The notes under the pieces are model-generated. The model ran no database searches. It was given only the letters and a program-made list of their open reading frames with translations, and was not told the origin of the DNA. 64,000 nt of DNA from Lytechinus pictus. Its lineage: Eukaryota. The DNA lies in contig NC_087246.1 in the NCBI RefSeq assembly GCF_037042905.1, positions 16,554,001-16,618,000 of the forward strand. The letters run 5' to 3'. A program made the position numbers and the translations under genes. Shown here one piece after another: positions 38,557 to 53,718 of this stretch; positions within the stretch are counted from its first letter, which is position 1; every line of letters begins with the position of its first letter.

Positions 38557-39246
38557 AACTTAACTCACGGATTTCGAAATTATATGCTATAATTCTCTGT
38601 AATATTGAATGTTAATTCAAAATATATATATTTTAAGACTAGTTGTTTCATACAAGCATTCAATGAGAGACGACATAAAGTGTTTGTCAGTTTGCTCCCG
38701 AGGTCATTTCAGAACACCAGGGGATGACCCCGTAGAGATCAATATAAATATATTATCATATATTCATACAAAATTTTGGATCAAGACTACGCATAATCTT
38801 TTTGCTTGTGGGCAAGATGCGTATTTTTTTGTGAAAAAAAACCCGAAAGCGAGAGAGCGAAGCAACGGTGCTTGGTATTGGGCGATTTTGCGCTTTCATA
38901 CTTTTTGTGAATATTTGTGAAAATTTTCAGTAAAAAAAATCTGAATTTTTAAACTTTCTGGGGTGGGGGACTGCTTGCTCCCTGCCCCCCTCCCCACCCA
39001 CTGCATACGGCCATGTTTTGGATAGATTATAGATTTCGACACAATTCAGAAAATAATGTAATATTTCACTCATTCCCTAAAATTCCTTATATTGGCCCTT
39101 TCTCCTTTTATTTTTGGGTCGTAAAACTTTTGGAGAGGCCATCCCCCACCCTCCTGAAATTGACTACCCCGCCAAGGGTTTATTGACAAATTCGAGAAAG
39201 ATTTATAGGTGCTCTTATGGCGACTTACGCCACCTCTTCATTCTTC

Positions 39247-39381
39247 GCAGCCATGACAACCACAAATTATCCTGCCCACTTCGTTGCGTATAGCGACGTA
39301 GATCAAATAATTATGTTATCGTTTACGATCTTTGTTATAAGCTACGGTTACAAGCTATGATTCTCCGAGTACTCATCCAAT
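39247..39381 (+). promoter_or_regulatory. LC8-B promoter: X-box-like sites + tandem module + CCAAT
   Basis: GCAGCCATGACAAC at 39247, GTTGCGTATAGCGAC at 39283, GTTATAAGCTA-cg-GTTACAAGCTA at 39334-39357, CCAAT at 39377. The region is CpG-rich, with a putative donor GTAAAG at 39611 or 39617. Confidence 0.72.
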
Positions 39382-40344
39382 CAGAGGCGAGATTTTAACC
39401 GCGAGCCAAGCTCCAGCTATTTGTGAACTCGACGGGATTATTTTTTTTCCTCTCAAATTTTTTCATCGTTTGCCCCGCTGGTTTGCCGCGTACTCGCATT
39501 GACCAAACTATCATCTCAAGGTGCTGCCCACGAACGTTGTTCTGCAGATATCAGATTATAATTTGCCAATCATCAAGATTTTAGAGAATTTCTCCATACT
39601 CCACCCAGAAGTAAAGGTAAAGATGCTTTAAATTATTATTTTTTGTTCTTTGTTCTCCGGGCCGTGCCACTTACAAAGAATATTAATTAGAGCCTAGAGG
39701 AAGTGTATGATTTTAGAAAAAAAATGCCCTGAGCTGAGTGCGGTGCTGTATTGTACTATGTTCTTCCTTATACCTGGGTACGGTATGAATAAAGGCGGCT
39801 TTCTGTAGCTCCTGCGTGATTTATATCCTTTGTTATAGATTTCCTTATTTCGAATTGTTAAGGGCCTGCAGATCGACTGTTTTCCCCAAAAAATCCAATG
39901 TCTTTATGGTTTTTGTGCGATGTGCAGCTATTAGTATTTCTTTTTTTTACATGCAATGCGAGTGGCGTAAAGAAATGTGGCGTGCGTAATCTTTGCCAAA
40001 ATATGGAAGAAATGTTTTAATATTGAGCCAGCTCTGCTATTTAAGATGACACCAACAAAGATTATGATAATAATTTTAAGCAAATCTAATATTGTGTCCA
40101 TAGTGTTTAAAGCGAAAGACTGGCGCTGCGCCGCGTCGGGACTTTTTTTTTCTCTGTTTTGCGCTAATAAATTTTGGGACCACACTTTCGACTGAGAAAA
40201 AAAATTCCCGACGCGGTTCGACCCTGGGGTACGTACGCGGTTCTGAAATTACGCAATATTATGTAAGTATATGTCCGAACAAAAAAAAATGCTCAAATTG
40301 TGAATTTGTGTACAAACCCAATGCAAATTGTGTTATTATCATGT

Positions 40345-40600
40345 GGGAGCGTCGTGGTCTCGTGGTTATGACTCTCGTCTGAGGAACGTGGGTTCGATTC
40401 CTAGCCATGGTGTGCATATTTCCCTCAGCAAGAAAATATACCCATGCACATTGTGCTGCCGCACTCGACCCAGCTCGTATATAGGTGAGGTGAATGGGTA
40501 CCCGGTATGGCAGCAGCCGCAGCACAGCTAAAGCTGGGGGTAATAACAGCATTGCTTTGTATTTATCAGGCAAAAAGCGCCTAATGAATCCAGCTATTTA
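40345..40600 (+). mobile_element. tRNA-derived SINE
   Basis: GTCGTGGTCTCGTGGTTA (A box), GGGTTCGATTCC (B box), conserved GCACTCGACCCAG...GAATGGGTACC body. Confidence 0.8.
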
Positions 40601-41344
40601 TAGTATTTCTACTTTTATTGATTAAACTCAATTAATTTCATCTTGTTTATGATCAGAATAAATTCGACGGTTTCCATCGGCAAGCAATAAAAAAAAGGTC
40701 GAAAAACAAGTATAATAAATAATCTAAAACGCAATAAATTACGTAAGAAGACAGCGATATTGATTTTTTTAAGCACATTTGATCAGAATCCTACAAAGAG
40801 TCGGTAGATTAACAAAAATTAGCAGTTTTTTTGCCTTATTTAGAGCATTTTTTAAATTCATGACATATAGCATTGTTGATTAGTAGGGAGTTTTTTTTTC
40901 GAATAAAAATTTATCTTTGTTGGGCACTATATGCATGGATGAAGCAGTGCTCACAGGCTTGATCCGGCCCTAGACTTTTCTCTTTGTATTAATTTTATTT
41001 CTTTTACTATTTCTTAATTTCTGTTAATAGGTTTATGTTATGTTTTTTTGAAGTAATATGTGTCCATTCATCTAGTACACCCCAAAACACCGTTAGCTTA
41101 AAAAGAAAAATAGAATGAAATATTTCATCAAAATCGGATGTCAAATAAGAAGGTTATGACAGTTTGCCATTTGTTATGCAATGAGGGAACCATGCGATGC
41201 CATCCAATAACTATTTGTTTTGTGTAGTGTTTTGTTATTATGTAGAATAAAGTGAGGGTTTTTGTCCTATGTGAAACAATGTTTGATTCTCATGGTTGTA
41301 AAACCGATTTCTCGTTATTGTTAAATCTGCAATTATTGTGCAAT

Positions 41345-42138
41345 CAGAGGCGTCGATCCTGGGGGGGGGGGGGCGATCGCCCCACCAATGAAAATATTGG
41401 GGGGGGGGGGGGCAAACATATCATTTTGCCCCCCCCCCCCCAATAATTCCGGATATGCATAAAAAAAAACAAGATTGTAATGTTCAGCAAGCGAGATTGA
41501 GATACACAACTCGTTCTTTATTTAAAATCGTGCTCAAAATGTCCGCTTTTAAGATTGGAATAAAAAAAAATTCAGCTCGCATCATTTCTGTAGCAAAAAC
41601 CCATACTTTTCATGATTAAATTGGTGAATGTAAATGTCCCGTTTTCAGTTCTCAGCCTCAAAAGAACTGCTTCAATTTGCAATAATCTTTTCTTGGATAT
41701 ATAGCTTGTTCTTTATCAAAAACGTCCAGTAAACTGTCATTTTTTCAGATCGAAATATCAAAATTTTCAGCTCGCGCTTCGCGCTCGCATCTATTCTTCT
41801 TTTAGATACAAATCTTAATCATTGGTACCAAAAATGCTTAGAATATCAAGTTTTCAGCTCAGAATATAAAGAAATTTGAGCTCACTCTCGGCACTCGTAC
41901 TATCTGTGTAGTGAGATACGTGNNNNNNNNNNNNNNNNNNNNNNNNNNNNNNNNNNNNNNNNNNNNNNNNNNNNNNNNNNNNNNNNNNNNNNNNNNNNNN
42001 NNNNNNNNNNNNNNNNNNNNNNNNNNNNNNNNNNNNNNNNNNNNNNNNNNNNNNNNNNNNNNNNNNNNNNNNNNNNNNNNNCCTTTGGAACGTTAATGAT
42101 TTTGCCCCCCCAATCTGAAAAATGGATCGACGCCCCTG
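41345..42138. mobile_element. hAT-like MITE (contains an N gap) in the LC8-B intron
   Basis: CAGAGGCGTCGATCC / GGATCGACGCCCCTG; TSD TGTGCAAT. Confidence 0.85.
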
Positions 42139-42917
42139 TGTGCAATATATGACAAAAATGTAAGCCTGTATTTCAAAGTTAAAATAAAAAATACAAAAGA
42201 TTTAGTGAGTGACATTGCATAAATTGTAACTGTGATGTGCATGGTTTTGTGAAAAATAAGTGATAGTTTGTAATGTCATATAACTTTCGGATTTTAGGTC
42301 CGACTTTGATGAAATTTTCAGCTTGTCACAACTTTTTATTTTATTGTGATGTCTACATTCTACTAAGACACATTGAGTCTAAAAAGACATACCCGACTTT
42401 TAAAAAAATTCTGGGGCGCCAAATGCCTCCATACCGCCCCCTCTCCTCCCGGAACAGCGCAATGATCCCCGAAAATTTAGGTCGCCGTGTCGTGGAGTAT
42501 GCTGGGACATTGAAAAGACAGATTTTGACATGCAAATCACACCCGTTCCTTTCCTTTTCTCCTTTTTTTTCTTGGTCCTGAAAATGTGTTAAGAAGTCCA
42601 TGGCCCCAATAAGCCCCCCCCCCCCTCCAAATCTATACACCATGGCAGAAGTAATAATCGTAGGTAGGTAATAAAGAAAAGTGGCAGATTTGAAAATGGC
42701 ATACTACATCGTCTTATCGTGGATATCAGCATGAAAATATTTTAACACTTGTCTTGTCATCATTATTGTCGATTTTACCGTTTTGCGGACTCTTGTCGGC
42801 GAAATATGAGCTGATGAACATTATAGGTGTTTGCGCGATTTAATTTACAACAGGCAACAAGTACTGGTCATGTCAATCAATCACTCATGCGTATAAACTG
42901 TTTATTTATATTTTTAG

Positions 42918-43241
<324 letters not shown>

Positions 43242-44784
43242 AGATTCTTTGACGAGAACCGATGCTTGATGATGTTATCTGCACAAACTGACAATGCAAA
43301 GACTTAACCCTGCCAAAGCCCTCCGTGATAATTTGTACCTACCGGGAAAAAATTGTTAATGTATTAATGCTTTAATTTTTCTCTGTTCGGTCTTTGTATT
43401 CAGCCTACATGACATCTCTACTTGCAGATGTCAGTGTTCCAAGACTATATATTGAGACACTGTCCAATGTTTTATATTTTTATTTTTTTAAAGATCAATC
43501 TATTAACCTTCAATTCGACTTACCAGAAGATGGACAATCATTTATAATTACGATGTCTTGCCAATTATTATCAACTCATTTTGCTTCTTAAGATTTTTTG
43601 TCCTTGAAAAGCGAAAACTACTATTTTCTTTTGTATTCTTAGAATATAATAGATAGGTCTACTTATTCGACATTCCGTTCTCTTATCTTGAAGCACCACC
43701 ATCTCCAATGAAGGCTAAGATGGAGTACCGCCATTTTACGGGAAAATTGTAAGAAAACAGGTTTCCATTTAAGGGTAATTATCAGCTTACCAATGTCATG
43801 ATATTTTGAAATTTATTTGATAAAGCAGTATTTCAATCCAGGTATTAGTGCAACAGGGAAATTTCCCCTTGTGTTACACCACATTATTCTTTCCTTGATT
43901 CAACCAGCCAAAGCAAACATTTTTTTTATTTATGAAAGTGCTATATGAAAGTTGTCGATGTATTATATTGTTGTAAACATAATTGTCTTTTTTGGGGGGT
44001 TGGGGATGTCATTCCGCTATTACTATTGAAAGAGAAACGAAATAAAAGCATAAGTACGAACAAAAAGTAACAAAGTTTTGCCCACTCTAGTGCGTTTTAT
44101 TGTACTGCACTCTATTTCGTTACAAGAGAGAAATCCAACAAGAATAACACTGGAAATAAAAAAAATCGGAAGGGGGAAATATTTATATTTCAAAGATTTG
44201 ATATATTTACAAAAAAAGTATTATGCACATGTTGACCAGTATGCAAATGAGGGAATCGATGACTTAACACACTAAATATTTATGTTTAATTGCATTGTAA
44301 TGGCAAGAACTGTATTTGATTTGCTAAACTTTAGTAACAAAGGAGCTTGTCATCGACTCACAATAGACTGAATAGTGAAATTAGTCTCTTGACACATTCC
44401 ATGACCAATCGAATATGTTTTACATTTGGAGGGAAAAATAAATATTAGCAAAATGATAATACAGGTGAGTGCGTGACATCATCGGCTCCTTTATTTGCAT
44501 GACTGTACTGATGATGCATACGTCACTCTTCAGTTTTAAGGAAATTATAAATGTCGTATTTTTGTTTATCGATCCGATTTATTTGAAATTGTCAGTGTTA
44601 TGCTTGTTCAATTTTTCTTCATTCGATTCATTTTTAGTTGGGGTGGACTTGAGCTTTGAAAGGAAATTAAGTTCAATGAAATTTGAATTATTGTAGGCTA
44701 TAAGTACAGTATATCTTATTTTGAGAGGAATGCTCTTCAGAATAATAGCAACAGAGAGCTGAAGTGTTCAGTCTAAAATTAAAA

Positions 44785-45091
44785 AGAGGGTCGTGTGTTC
44801 GAATCCCACCACGGTCTGGCGTCCTTTGGCAAGACGTTAATCCACACTTTGCCACTCTCGACCCAGGTGCTACCCCGTAGTATGTGAAAGTCATCGTAGC
44901 TTGTCCAGTACCGTGTGCGCCTCACCGGCGACTGACTGGAATACTCCTAAGGGAGTGGAGGATGTGCACACATTGTGTACGGGAATGACAGATTGAATCC
45001 GATGACCGGGGTGATAATATATATGTAAAGCGCTAAGACACGTCGTTCCAATGTATTAAGGGCTATATAAAAGCGGATTACTATTATTATT
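44785..45091 (+). mobile_element. tRNA-derived SINE
   Basis: GTTCGAATCCC B box, GCCACTCTCGACCCAGGTG core, (TAT)n tail. Confidence 0.75.
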
Positions 45092-45834
45092 AAAAGCCCA
45101 ATTAACTCTGAAGATTACTAAGTCAATCTCTGGTTCAATTTTGATGACTAATAATAAATCACAAGTCATGCAGGTGCATAGTAATTGACTCTTTACACTC
45201 ACAATGAGACAGCAGCCACCCTGTTACAGCACATTTTGGTACAAAAGTGCCGTAATGTTGCGACACATTTTGGTAACATCTCCTAATTTAGTCTGTAACT
45301 ACACAAGGAGGTAGATTATGGTTTATTAATAGTTGGTTTCTTTTTTTTTTACAAGCACATATACTAAACCCATTTGGTTTACCAAACTGTACCGTTTTTT
45401 ATTTTTTTTTCCAATCAGTAATTACACGTTCTAAGCTCTAAATGGCTGTCGACCATCATTCTTGAGGCACATCCTAACTCTTTTTAGATTTTTTTTTTTT
45501 TTTTTGGGGGGGGGCTTTCTATTGGAAATGTACCCTAACACCCCTCCCATTCCTTCAATTTATTCGACCAAAACCTGTCCACCCTAACATGAGCCAGTTG
45601 GCTCTAATGAATTAAAAGTTACTTCGAAATCGGATCAGTTTCTCGCTGAGTTAATATGCAAAATGAGTGAGTAGTTGATTACACACACCACTGTTTCTTT
45701 TGTATTTTAATATTGAATATGAAAATTCCATTTTAATTGATTTGATAACAAAGGAGTTTTGACTAAATTATAATTAGCTATAGTAACTACACTTCAAGTG
45801 TATTAAACATTGGGTCAAATTTACAATTCTTTAA

Positions 45835-46429
45835 AGGTAAAGTCCACCCCAGAAAATTGTTGATTAGAATCGATAGAGAAAAACCAAACAAACATAACGC
45901 TGCAAATTTCATCGAAATCGGATGTAAAATAAGAAAGTTATGACATTTTCAAGTTTCGCTTATTTTTCACAAAACAGTTAAAATGCACAACTCAGCGATA
46001 TGCAAACGAGAGAGTCGATGATGTCCATCACTCACTATTTCTTTTGTTTTTTATTGTTTGAATAATACAATATTTCAATTTTTAAAGATTTGACAATAAG
46101 GACCAACTTAACTTAACCATAAACTGTAAAATAATGGTAATTCCACATGTTCAGGGAGAATAAAACTTTGTTTCACTTGACAAGGAGGAGAAAATTAGAA
46201 TATTTCATTTAATAAAATACAAAAGAAATAGCGAGTGGGTGACGTCACCAGTCTGCCAATTTGCATACCGACCAGGATGTGCATATAACTGTTTTGTGAA
46301 ATTAAGCAAAACTTTAAAATGTCATAACTTTCTTATTTTACATCCGATTTTGATGAAATTTTCAGTGTTTTGCTTGTTTGATTTTTCTCCTTTTTTCAAA
46401 TCAACTTTTTGTTGGGGTGGACTAGTCCT
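45835..46429. mobile_element. TTAA-target MITE (Kolobok-like AGG termini)
   Basis: TTAA|AGGTAAAGTCCACCCC ... GGGGTGGACTAGTCCT|TTAA with long subterminal inverted repeats. Confidence 0.88.
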
Positions 46430-46842
46430 TTAAAGATAAAAATTATACCAAAGATTAGTGTGTGATGTCACCGATTCACTCGTTTGCATACTTGGCGTTT
46501 AAACGAGTGAACAAGGTTGGGGGATAACTTGAAAAATAAATCATTTTTTATGTCACTAAATAAATTTTGCTCGCGCTTCATGCTCGCATTGTCTGTTCGA
46601 TGAGATACATAGAGATTCAAATATCAAGTTTTTAAGTCAATATACAAAACATATTTCAACTCGTACATCGAGCTTTCATTGTTTTGTTTAACATTTTTTT
46701 AAATAACGTTCTGTACATTGGTAGAGGGAAAATTGGGGGGGGGGGGAGCAAAGGCAGACGCGCAATATTTGCATGTTTCACAAATTCGAGCGCGAGATAC
46801 AATTTTCAATAAGGCCCTACTGACTTGAAAGGGCCATGTTAA

Positions 46843-47311
46843 AGGTCAAATCCACCCCAGAAAATGTTGATTTGATTCAATAGAGAAAAATCAAACTAGC
46901 ATAACACTGAAAATGACATGAAAATCGCATGTGAAATAAGAAAGTTCTGACATTTTAAAATTGTGCTTATTATTTTTTACAAAATAGTGATATGCACAGC
47001 TCGGTGACATGCAAATAACACAGACGATGATGTCCCTCACTCACTATTTGAATTATACATTATTTCATTTTTGCAGTTTTGACAATAACGACCAACTTAA
47101 GTGAACCGTATATATTATAAACTATGCTAATTCCACATGTTCAGGGAGGAATTAATTGCTGTTTAACTGTTTTGTGAAATAAAGCGAAAATTTATAATGT
47201 AATAACTTTCTTATTTTACATCCGATTTTGATGAAATTTTCAGTGTAAGTATACTTGTTGGATGTTTTTCTTTTTATTAAAATCAACTGTTTGTTGGTGT
47301 GGACTTGTCCT
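46843..47311. mobile_element. Second TTAA-target MITE copy (internally deleted)
   Basis: TTAA|AGGTCAAATCCACCCC ... GTGGACTTGTCCT|TTAA. Confidence 0.85.
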
Positions 47312-47672
47312 TTAAGGACTATTTTCAGTGACACGTGACAATGATAACTCACCTGAAAATCTTTAATATTCAGCATTTTTTTGAAATTATGAACATGAAG
47401 GATGCAAAATAATAACAACTCGGTAGACCAGCAGCACCATGATTGATGCTGCTGAGTAGGGCCATCCTCCCGTTTTTCATATATCAATTCAAATGTATCA
47501 TTTTATATGTATTGTTTTTTTGTTTTTTAACGGAAATAAATTCAATTCAAAACTCTAATCACGAGAAGAATATTTTTTCCATATTGGATATTTCAATCAA
47601 CAGCCAGTGCGAAGAGCGAGCGAAATTTCGAATTTTAAAAATGTATTAACCCATGCATCATGCACCCTATTC

Positions 47673-49248
47673 CAGCGGCGTAACAGGGGTCGGTGGCCAG
47701 GGGGGGCAAGAGCCAAAAATTTCCCGGTCATATCATGGTATGAACAGGCGTAATGGTGTAATGAGGCGACTATTTTGAGAAGGCCAGATATTGCGTATCG
47801 GGCAGAATTTATCTTTAAAAACAGTTGCAAGCGAGCGAAGCGAGCAAGCAAAAATTTGGACCTTTTTAATACAAAAATCCAATTTTGTGATAGATTTTGA
47901 CATGATATCCAGAAAATAATATATTTCACTCTTCTCTCTTTAGATTCCTTTTTTGTGGTCTGTAGGCCACTGTGAACAGGATTCTTTGTGGAAGTAGCGT
48001 GAAGAGTAAAAAAAGAAGAAAAAAAACAGGGGAGCAGTATAGCACATGTGCTAAAAAGCTGCTTTATATAAGTCCCGAGCGAGCGAAGCGAGCGAGAAAA
48101 AAAATCACCTTTTCATGAGAATCTAACTTTGAGCTATTTTTTTACATTATATTCAGTAAATAAAATCATATCCTACACTTTTCCTTTGCTTTTCTTTCCT
48201 CTTTTTTTATTATTCTTGTTTGTAGAACTTTTGGGGGCCATGGCCCAACCCTTCCATACGCAGTGCTGTGCGGTTGGGGTCCGGGCGGAGCTCCCGGAAC
48301 TTTTTGATATCAAAGCCATTTAAACCTCGCAGATTGCCGCTATTTTAATCAAATCGTGGTCATATACAGAATATAGCTTGTAGACAACACATTTATTCAA
48401 CCCGGTTGCATAATGAACCAAATATTTTTAAGGGGCAAAACATAGCAATGTGGGAAAATTTAAAAAAAAAAGTCGCCAGCATGCAAAACGAGCTGGAAAA
48501 AAAATTACCAATTGAAATTAAATTCTAATTATGTGATAGCTTTTTCCATTATATTCAGCAAATAACGCATTTCATTGTTTCCATTCATTTCATTATACGT
48601 TGTCTCCTACAATTTCTTTTATTTTCTCTTGGGTGTGGAACCAAGACCCCCCGCACCTGTATGCCAGTGATTGATTGTGATTGAACGGGGGGCGTTATAG
48701 AGCCATTTGAAGGTTATAACGAAGAGCCCCTACTGCGTGGGGTCTGGGGCAAAGCCCCGGTAGCTTATTTGCATAAAATTTAGCAAGCTTATAGCACAAT
48801 GTTGTATGAAGTCCGTCTTTTTTCCCGCTCTTTAATTTCAATCATCGGCAGCCCGGTCGTGTTATTATTTGTTTTCCTTGTCCCTTTTCTTTTCCAATTT
48901 AGCTTTTGACTAACCCTCTCTACCTTCGTTTCCCGCCGCATTGGTTGCCATTTTGTCATCTTTTAATTCATTTCCCACCGTGCTATTGCATTACGTAGGC
49001 CTATTTCGGAATGATTTGTTCTTTCTCAAATGTTCTTCTTTCGTACATTTTCCCGCTTTCCTTCCTTTTCCATTAAAAAAAAATAGTTTTTTCTTCGTTT
49101 TCTTTTCCCTTTCCTTTCCTTCCCCTTTCCCTTTCTTTCTCCCTCCTTTTTTTTTCTTTTTCCTGTTTTTCTTTTCTTTTCCCGGTGAAATCCGCCAGGG
49201 GGGGCAACTTGCCCCCCCTGCCCCCCCGCCTGTTACGCCACTGGACTG
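47673..49248. mobile_element. hAT-like non-autonomous element
   Basis: CAGCGGCGTAACAGG / CCTGTTACGCCACTG(gactg); TSD CCCTATTC. Confidence 0.8.
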
Positions 49249-50619
49249 CCCTATTCATAATTACAAAAGAATTTATGTCAAGTCTTGAGGCCTTAAATTT
49301 CGTGCTCTTATTAAGCCTATTCGAATAATATCCTTTTTCATGAATTGCTAATACTTAAATAATATTGTTCCTTTTTCAGATTAGAATTAATATGAACAAT
49401 TTCCGCTTGCGCTTAGGAAGAGGAATGGGAAGATAGTTATCGTTTTCAAAATGTGCTTAGCATGTCCCGTTAATACATCAAAGGAAAACAAAAATCACCT
49501 CACGCTTCGCGTTCACATTATTAATTTACATTGTAATTTTACTGTACAATTGTAATGAAATTGTAAATTGGTCCTTTCAGTCCTGTTGCCAGCCTATATA
49601 ATATATTCGATAGATAGTTAACGTGTTGAATAAAGTTTCTACGTTACGTTATATATATATATATATATATAACGTAACGTAAAAAAAAAAACAATGCGTG
49701 CGCGAAGCGCGAGCTTAAATGTTTGTATATATTGACCCAAAACAGATATTTTAAGGACTATTTTAGGAATCCGTTATGAGTATACGTATCTCATTATAGT
49801 CATCTAATGCGAGTGCCAATGCGCTTGCTGATTTTGTTAGAATTACATCTGAACACATGAAGCACTTATAGTCATTGTAATCATGATTAACATACGCATC
49901 TCACTAATCGAAGAGCGAGCTGAAAATTTAGGAAATTCACGCCGGAAGGGGGGCATTTTAAGGCTTATTTGTAGGAATTCATGAAGACCATACGTATTTC
50001 ACTAACCAAATGATGAGAGCGCGAAGCGCGAGCTAAAATTTTTGATATTCAGAAAAGGGACATTTTAAGGATCGATTTTACTAATTTTTAGGAATTCATA
50101 AAGTGCAGACTTAAATTATCAATCCACTAATAGGAATGTAAGCACGAACAGGAAATGTTTTATATTAAGACCTTAAAATGGGGGCAATCACTTTAAGTAG
50201 TCATGAAAAAGAAGCATATGTCACTATGCATAAAACAATAACTTGAAGTGCGAGGAAATATATTTGGTGTATATTAACTTGAAAACGGGAGGTTTTAGTA
50301 CAACAGGATTATATATCTCGTTAAACAGAAAGTGCGAGCATCAGGAACAATGAAGACATATAGGCCCTGAGCAAATTATGTTTCATAAATTTATGAAAAA
50401 AAAAGTTTCCTGTATAATATAACATTATAATGAATAAAAATTTCTTTTTTCCTACGACGTTTCTCTTTCTTTCTCCCTCTTTTTCTCCTCCCCCTTTTTT
50501 TTGTGGCCAGCCGATGGGGGGTGGGGGGCACGTGCACACCGTAGTTACGACACTGATTTAAAACGTGCTTAAATTATTTCAGATCTGATTATATCAGGGA
50601 CGGCGATCCGGGTGGGGGG

Positions 50620-51166
50620 CACAGAGAAAAAAAGAGAACAATCCAAGAAACATAACTCTAACATTTTTTATCAAAATCGGATGTAAAATAAGAAAGTTGT
50701 GACATTTAAAATGTTCGCTTAATTTTACATAACAGATGAGTTTTCTGGTCGGTATGCCAATGAGGAGGCTGATGACGTCATCCACTCACTATTTCTTTAG
50801 AATCTTATTTTCAAGTGAAACAACGAATAATTCCTCCCTGGACATGTGGAATTTGCATTGTTTAATACTATATGGTTCATCCAAGTTGGTCCTTATTGTT
50901 CAATCTATAAAAAATGAAATATTGTATAATTCAAACAATAAAAAACAAAAGAAACAGTGAGTGAGGGACATCATCGACTGTCTCATTAATTTTTGCATGT
51001 CACTGAGTTGAGCATATAACTGTTTAGTGGACAAAAAAAAGGGAAACTTTAAAATGCCATAACTTTCTTATTTAACATCCGATTTTGATGAAATTTTCAG
51101 CATTATGCTAGTTTGATTTTTCTCTATTTACTCAAATCAACATTTCCCCGGGGGTGTACTTGACCT
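50620..51166 (-). mobile_element. TTAA-target MITE copy in reverse orientation, truncated
   Basis: Ends GGGGTGTACTTGACCT|TTAA; homologous to 45835-46429. Confidence 0.8.
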
Positions 51167-51576
51167 TTAACTCACTTCCTGACATACTTGAACATCCTCG
51201 TTTGCTACTCTGCAATAAGTATCGGGTATAGTTTGTTAATCTGAAGGCGCCTTTGTATAGAACGTTGAAAAAAAGTGAATAAACGACAAAAAATTATAAT
51301 GAATTAATCATGATTAAAAAAAATAGGTCCTAAACTTGAAGCTAGACGTTTGACAAGCAATCGGTCTATAGTGGAAGTGCGGTGACGATGGCGAAATATC
51401 ACTCTTCCACAAAATCGCAACAGATAATGTATTGAGATGTAGGCTAATATAATATAGAAGCCGGTTCATACGTAAGCCTGGATTTAGTTATGTTATGATA
51501 TCAAGCTACGGTAGGGCAATGATACCATGGTGATCGTGGCGTAGTGTGCTTTATTGAAAACGCTGCAAGCAACAAT

Positions 51577-51625
51577 GTGACAAGCTACTGTTGTAAGCTA
51601 TAACTATCGAGAGAAACCGCCCAAT
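51577..51625 (+). promoter_or_regulatory. LC8-C promoter module
   Basis: GTGACAAGCTA-ct-GTTGTAAGCTA, 20 nt, CCAAT at 51621; putative first-intron donor GTAAGC at 51860. Confidence 0.72.
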
Positions 51626-53421
51626 GATAAATCATTTGAAAATAAATTGCGTGTTTTTCTCCTTATCATTGAAAGCGCAAAACTGGCAATGGCAATGATC
51701 AGATCGTGTTGGCAAGTCAAATGAATAGTTTGGATTCCCGCAGACTCCTCCCAGACTCCTAAACAGGATAAAGAAAAGCGCAATTTTTAAATCTCTTCAT
51801 CATCTCATACTTAGAGCCATTTTAGCCTCATCGTTTCATACCAGTGCAAAACTTCGTTGGTAAGCATATTTTCATAATTATTGATGCAGGTTTCAATAGT
51901 CGTTCGTATTTCGAAAGGGAACTTTAATAAGATACCCTTTTAATTCCTTAAACGCATTATACTTGGTATAATTTCTTGATCCCATATTGTGAGGTTTCAA
52001 TGAGAGCGAAATTTTTACATACTAATATAGCTTTCCAACCCGTTGTTTGATAAAATTTGTCTTGATATAAACTTTAATCTTTACCAAACCTGAAGACATG
52101 CTGGTTTTTGTTTATGTCCTTCCCAGTAAAAACCTGTTTTGCAGAACATAGAGAGAAAAGTAAACGATCGGTATAACGCGGAAAATTTAATGAAAGTCGA
52201 ATAAGAAGATAAATTAAGTTATGGCATTTTTCGCTTTTACTTCATCGTACTAGGTACTTATGACGTCGCACACTTGCTATTTCTTCTTTTTTTTCAATTC
52301 AAATAAACATTTATTTTCTTCCATTTTATTACATTTTTCGAAAATATTAATTCATACAAAAATCAATATTATGAAGAATATAAATATGTACATGTTGGGT
52401 TTTTTGTATTTTATTGGATGAAATGTCAAATATTTAAATTCTTTCCTCCAATAGGGTATAACCAAGTTTTGATCTCTCATGGAAAATGCAAAATTATAAT
52501 TGTCCTAATTTACTTTGATTTGGTTATCATTCTCTTTATCATAAATCATATCATTTAAATGTTTATAAGTGCTGCCAACAAATAGCGTTAAAAAGCAAAG
52601 GCGACAAAGCATAGCCCTGTGGAAGGAGGATATTTTAGTGTTTCACAATGTTTATTCGATATGGAACCTGACAATGCTGCCGAATGACACCAAACATAAA
52701 TTATATAACTACGGTCCAACAGGGACAAGGCGGGATTTGATCTCAGGGGCTAGGAAGACTTCACCCGATATATTTTGGCGATGTTAGTGTTATAAGCTAT
52801 GATGTGTATATTGTTAGGCGAGGTACTAGAACAGTGTCCTGAATTCGATAAGTTTCGAATAAATTTTTATTCAAAATTAGTCGTAATTTTTTTCAGAATA
52901 TCGTGTATTTTGTTGGATGTTCGAAGGATGTTGGTACAAAATAACTCACATTATACCCTGCAGCAAAGAAGCGCTTGATTGTGGTCTTTACTATACTGGA
53001 AAGAACAGACTGGGCTATATTCTGAAGTCGGGTATATATACATTGGAACTTGGTCTAACTGTGGGCTAAAATATTATGGGAAGCAGAAAATGTATTATTT
53101 TTATGTTCGTATAATTCATGTTCTTATGATCACTTGGAGCTTCTGCCATGCTAGATAATGGTGGAGAAAACTATAAATTCGGTTATTATTCCCAGACCAA
53201 TATGAATAATCTGGGTATCAAAATAATGATATTATCAATAGAACCTGAACTGTTACAAGTTCGTGTCACAGTTAGCTTTCCATAGTTTAACCACAACTAT
53301 AGACCAAAGTTTAAATTGTCCCCGACTTGATAATTTGTAAATTTCAAATGATGTTTCAATTATTATCTTGTCCCCGTGCCTTTCATTTTTTTAATAATAA
53401 TTTTCTTTTTTTTTCTCTTAA

Positions 53422-53718
<297 letters not shown>

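Noticed and set aside
40345-40420. Possible tRNA genes (also about 44790 and 58330)
   Set aside because: A/B boxes are present but there is no cloverleaf, and they continue into a SINE body and tail.
52789-52799. Single GTTATAAGCTA in the LC8-C intron
   Set aside because: A perfect half-site, but without a 13-bp partner or CCAAT, so not counted as a module.
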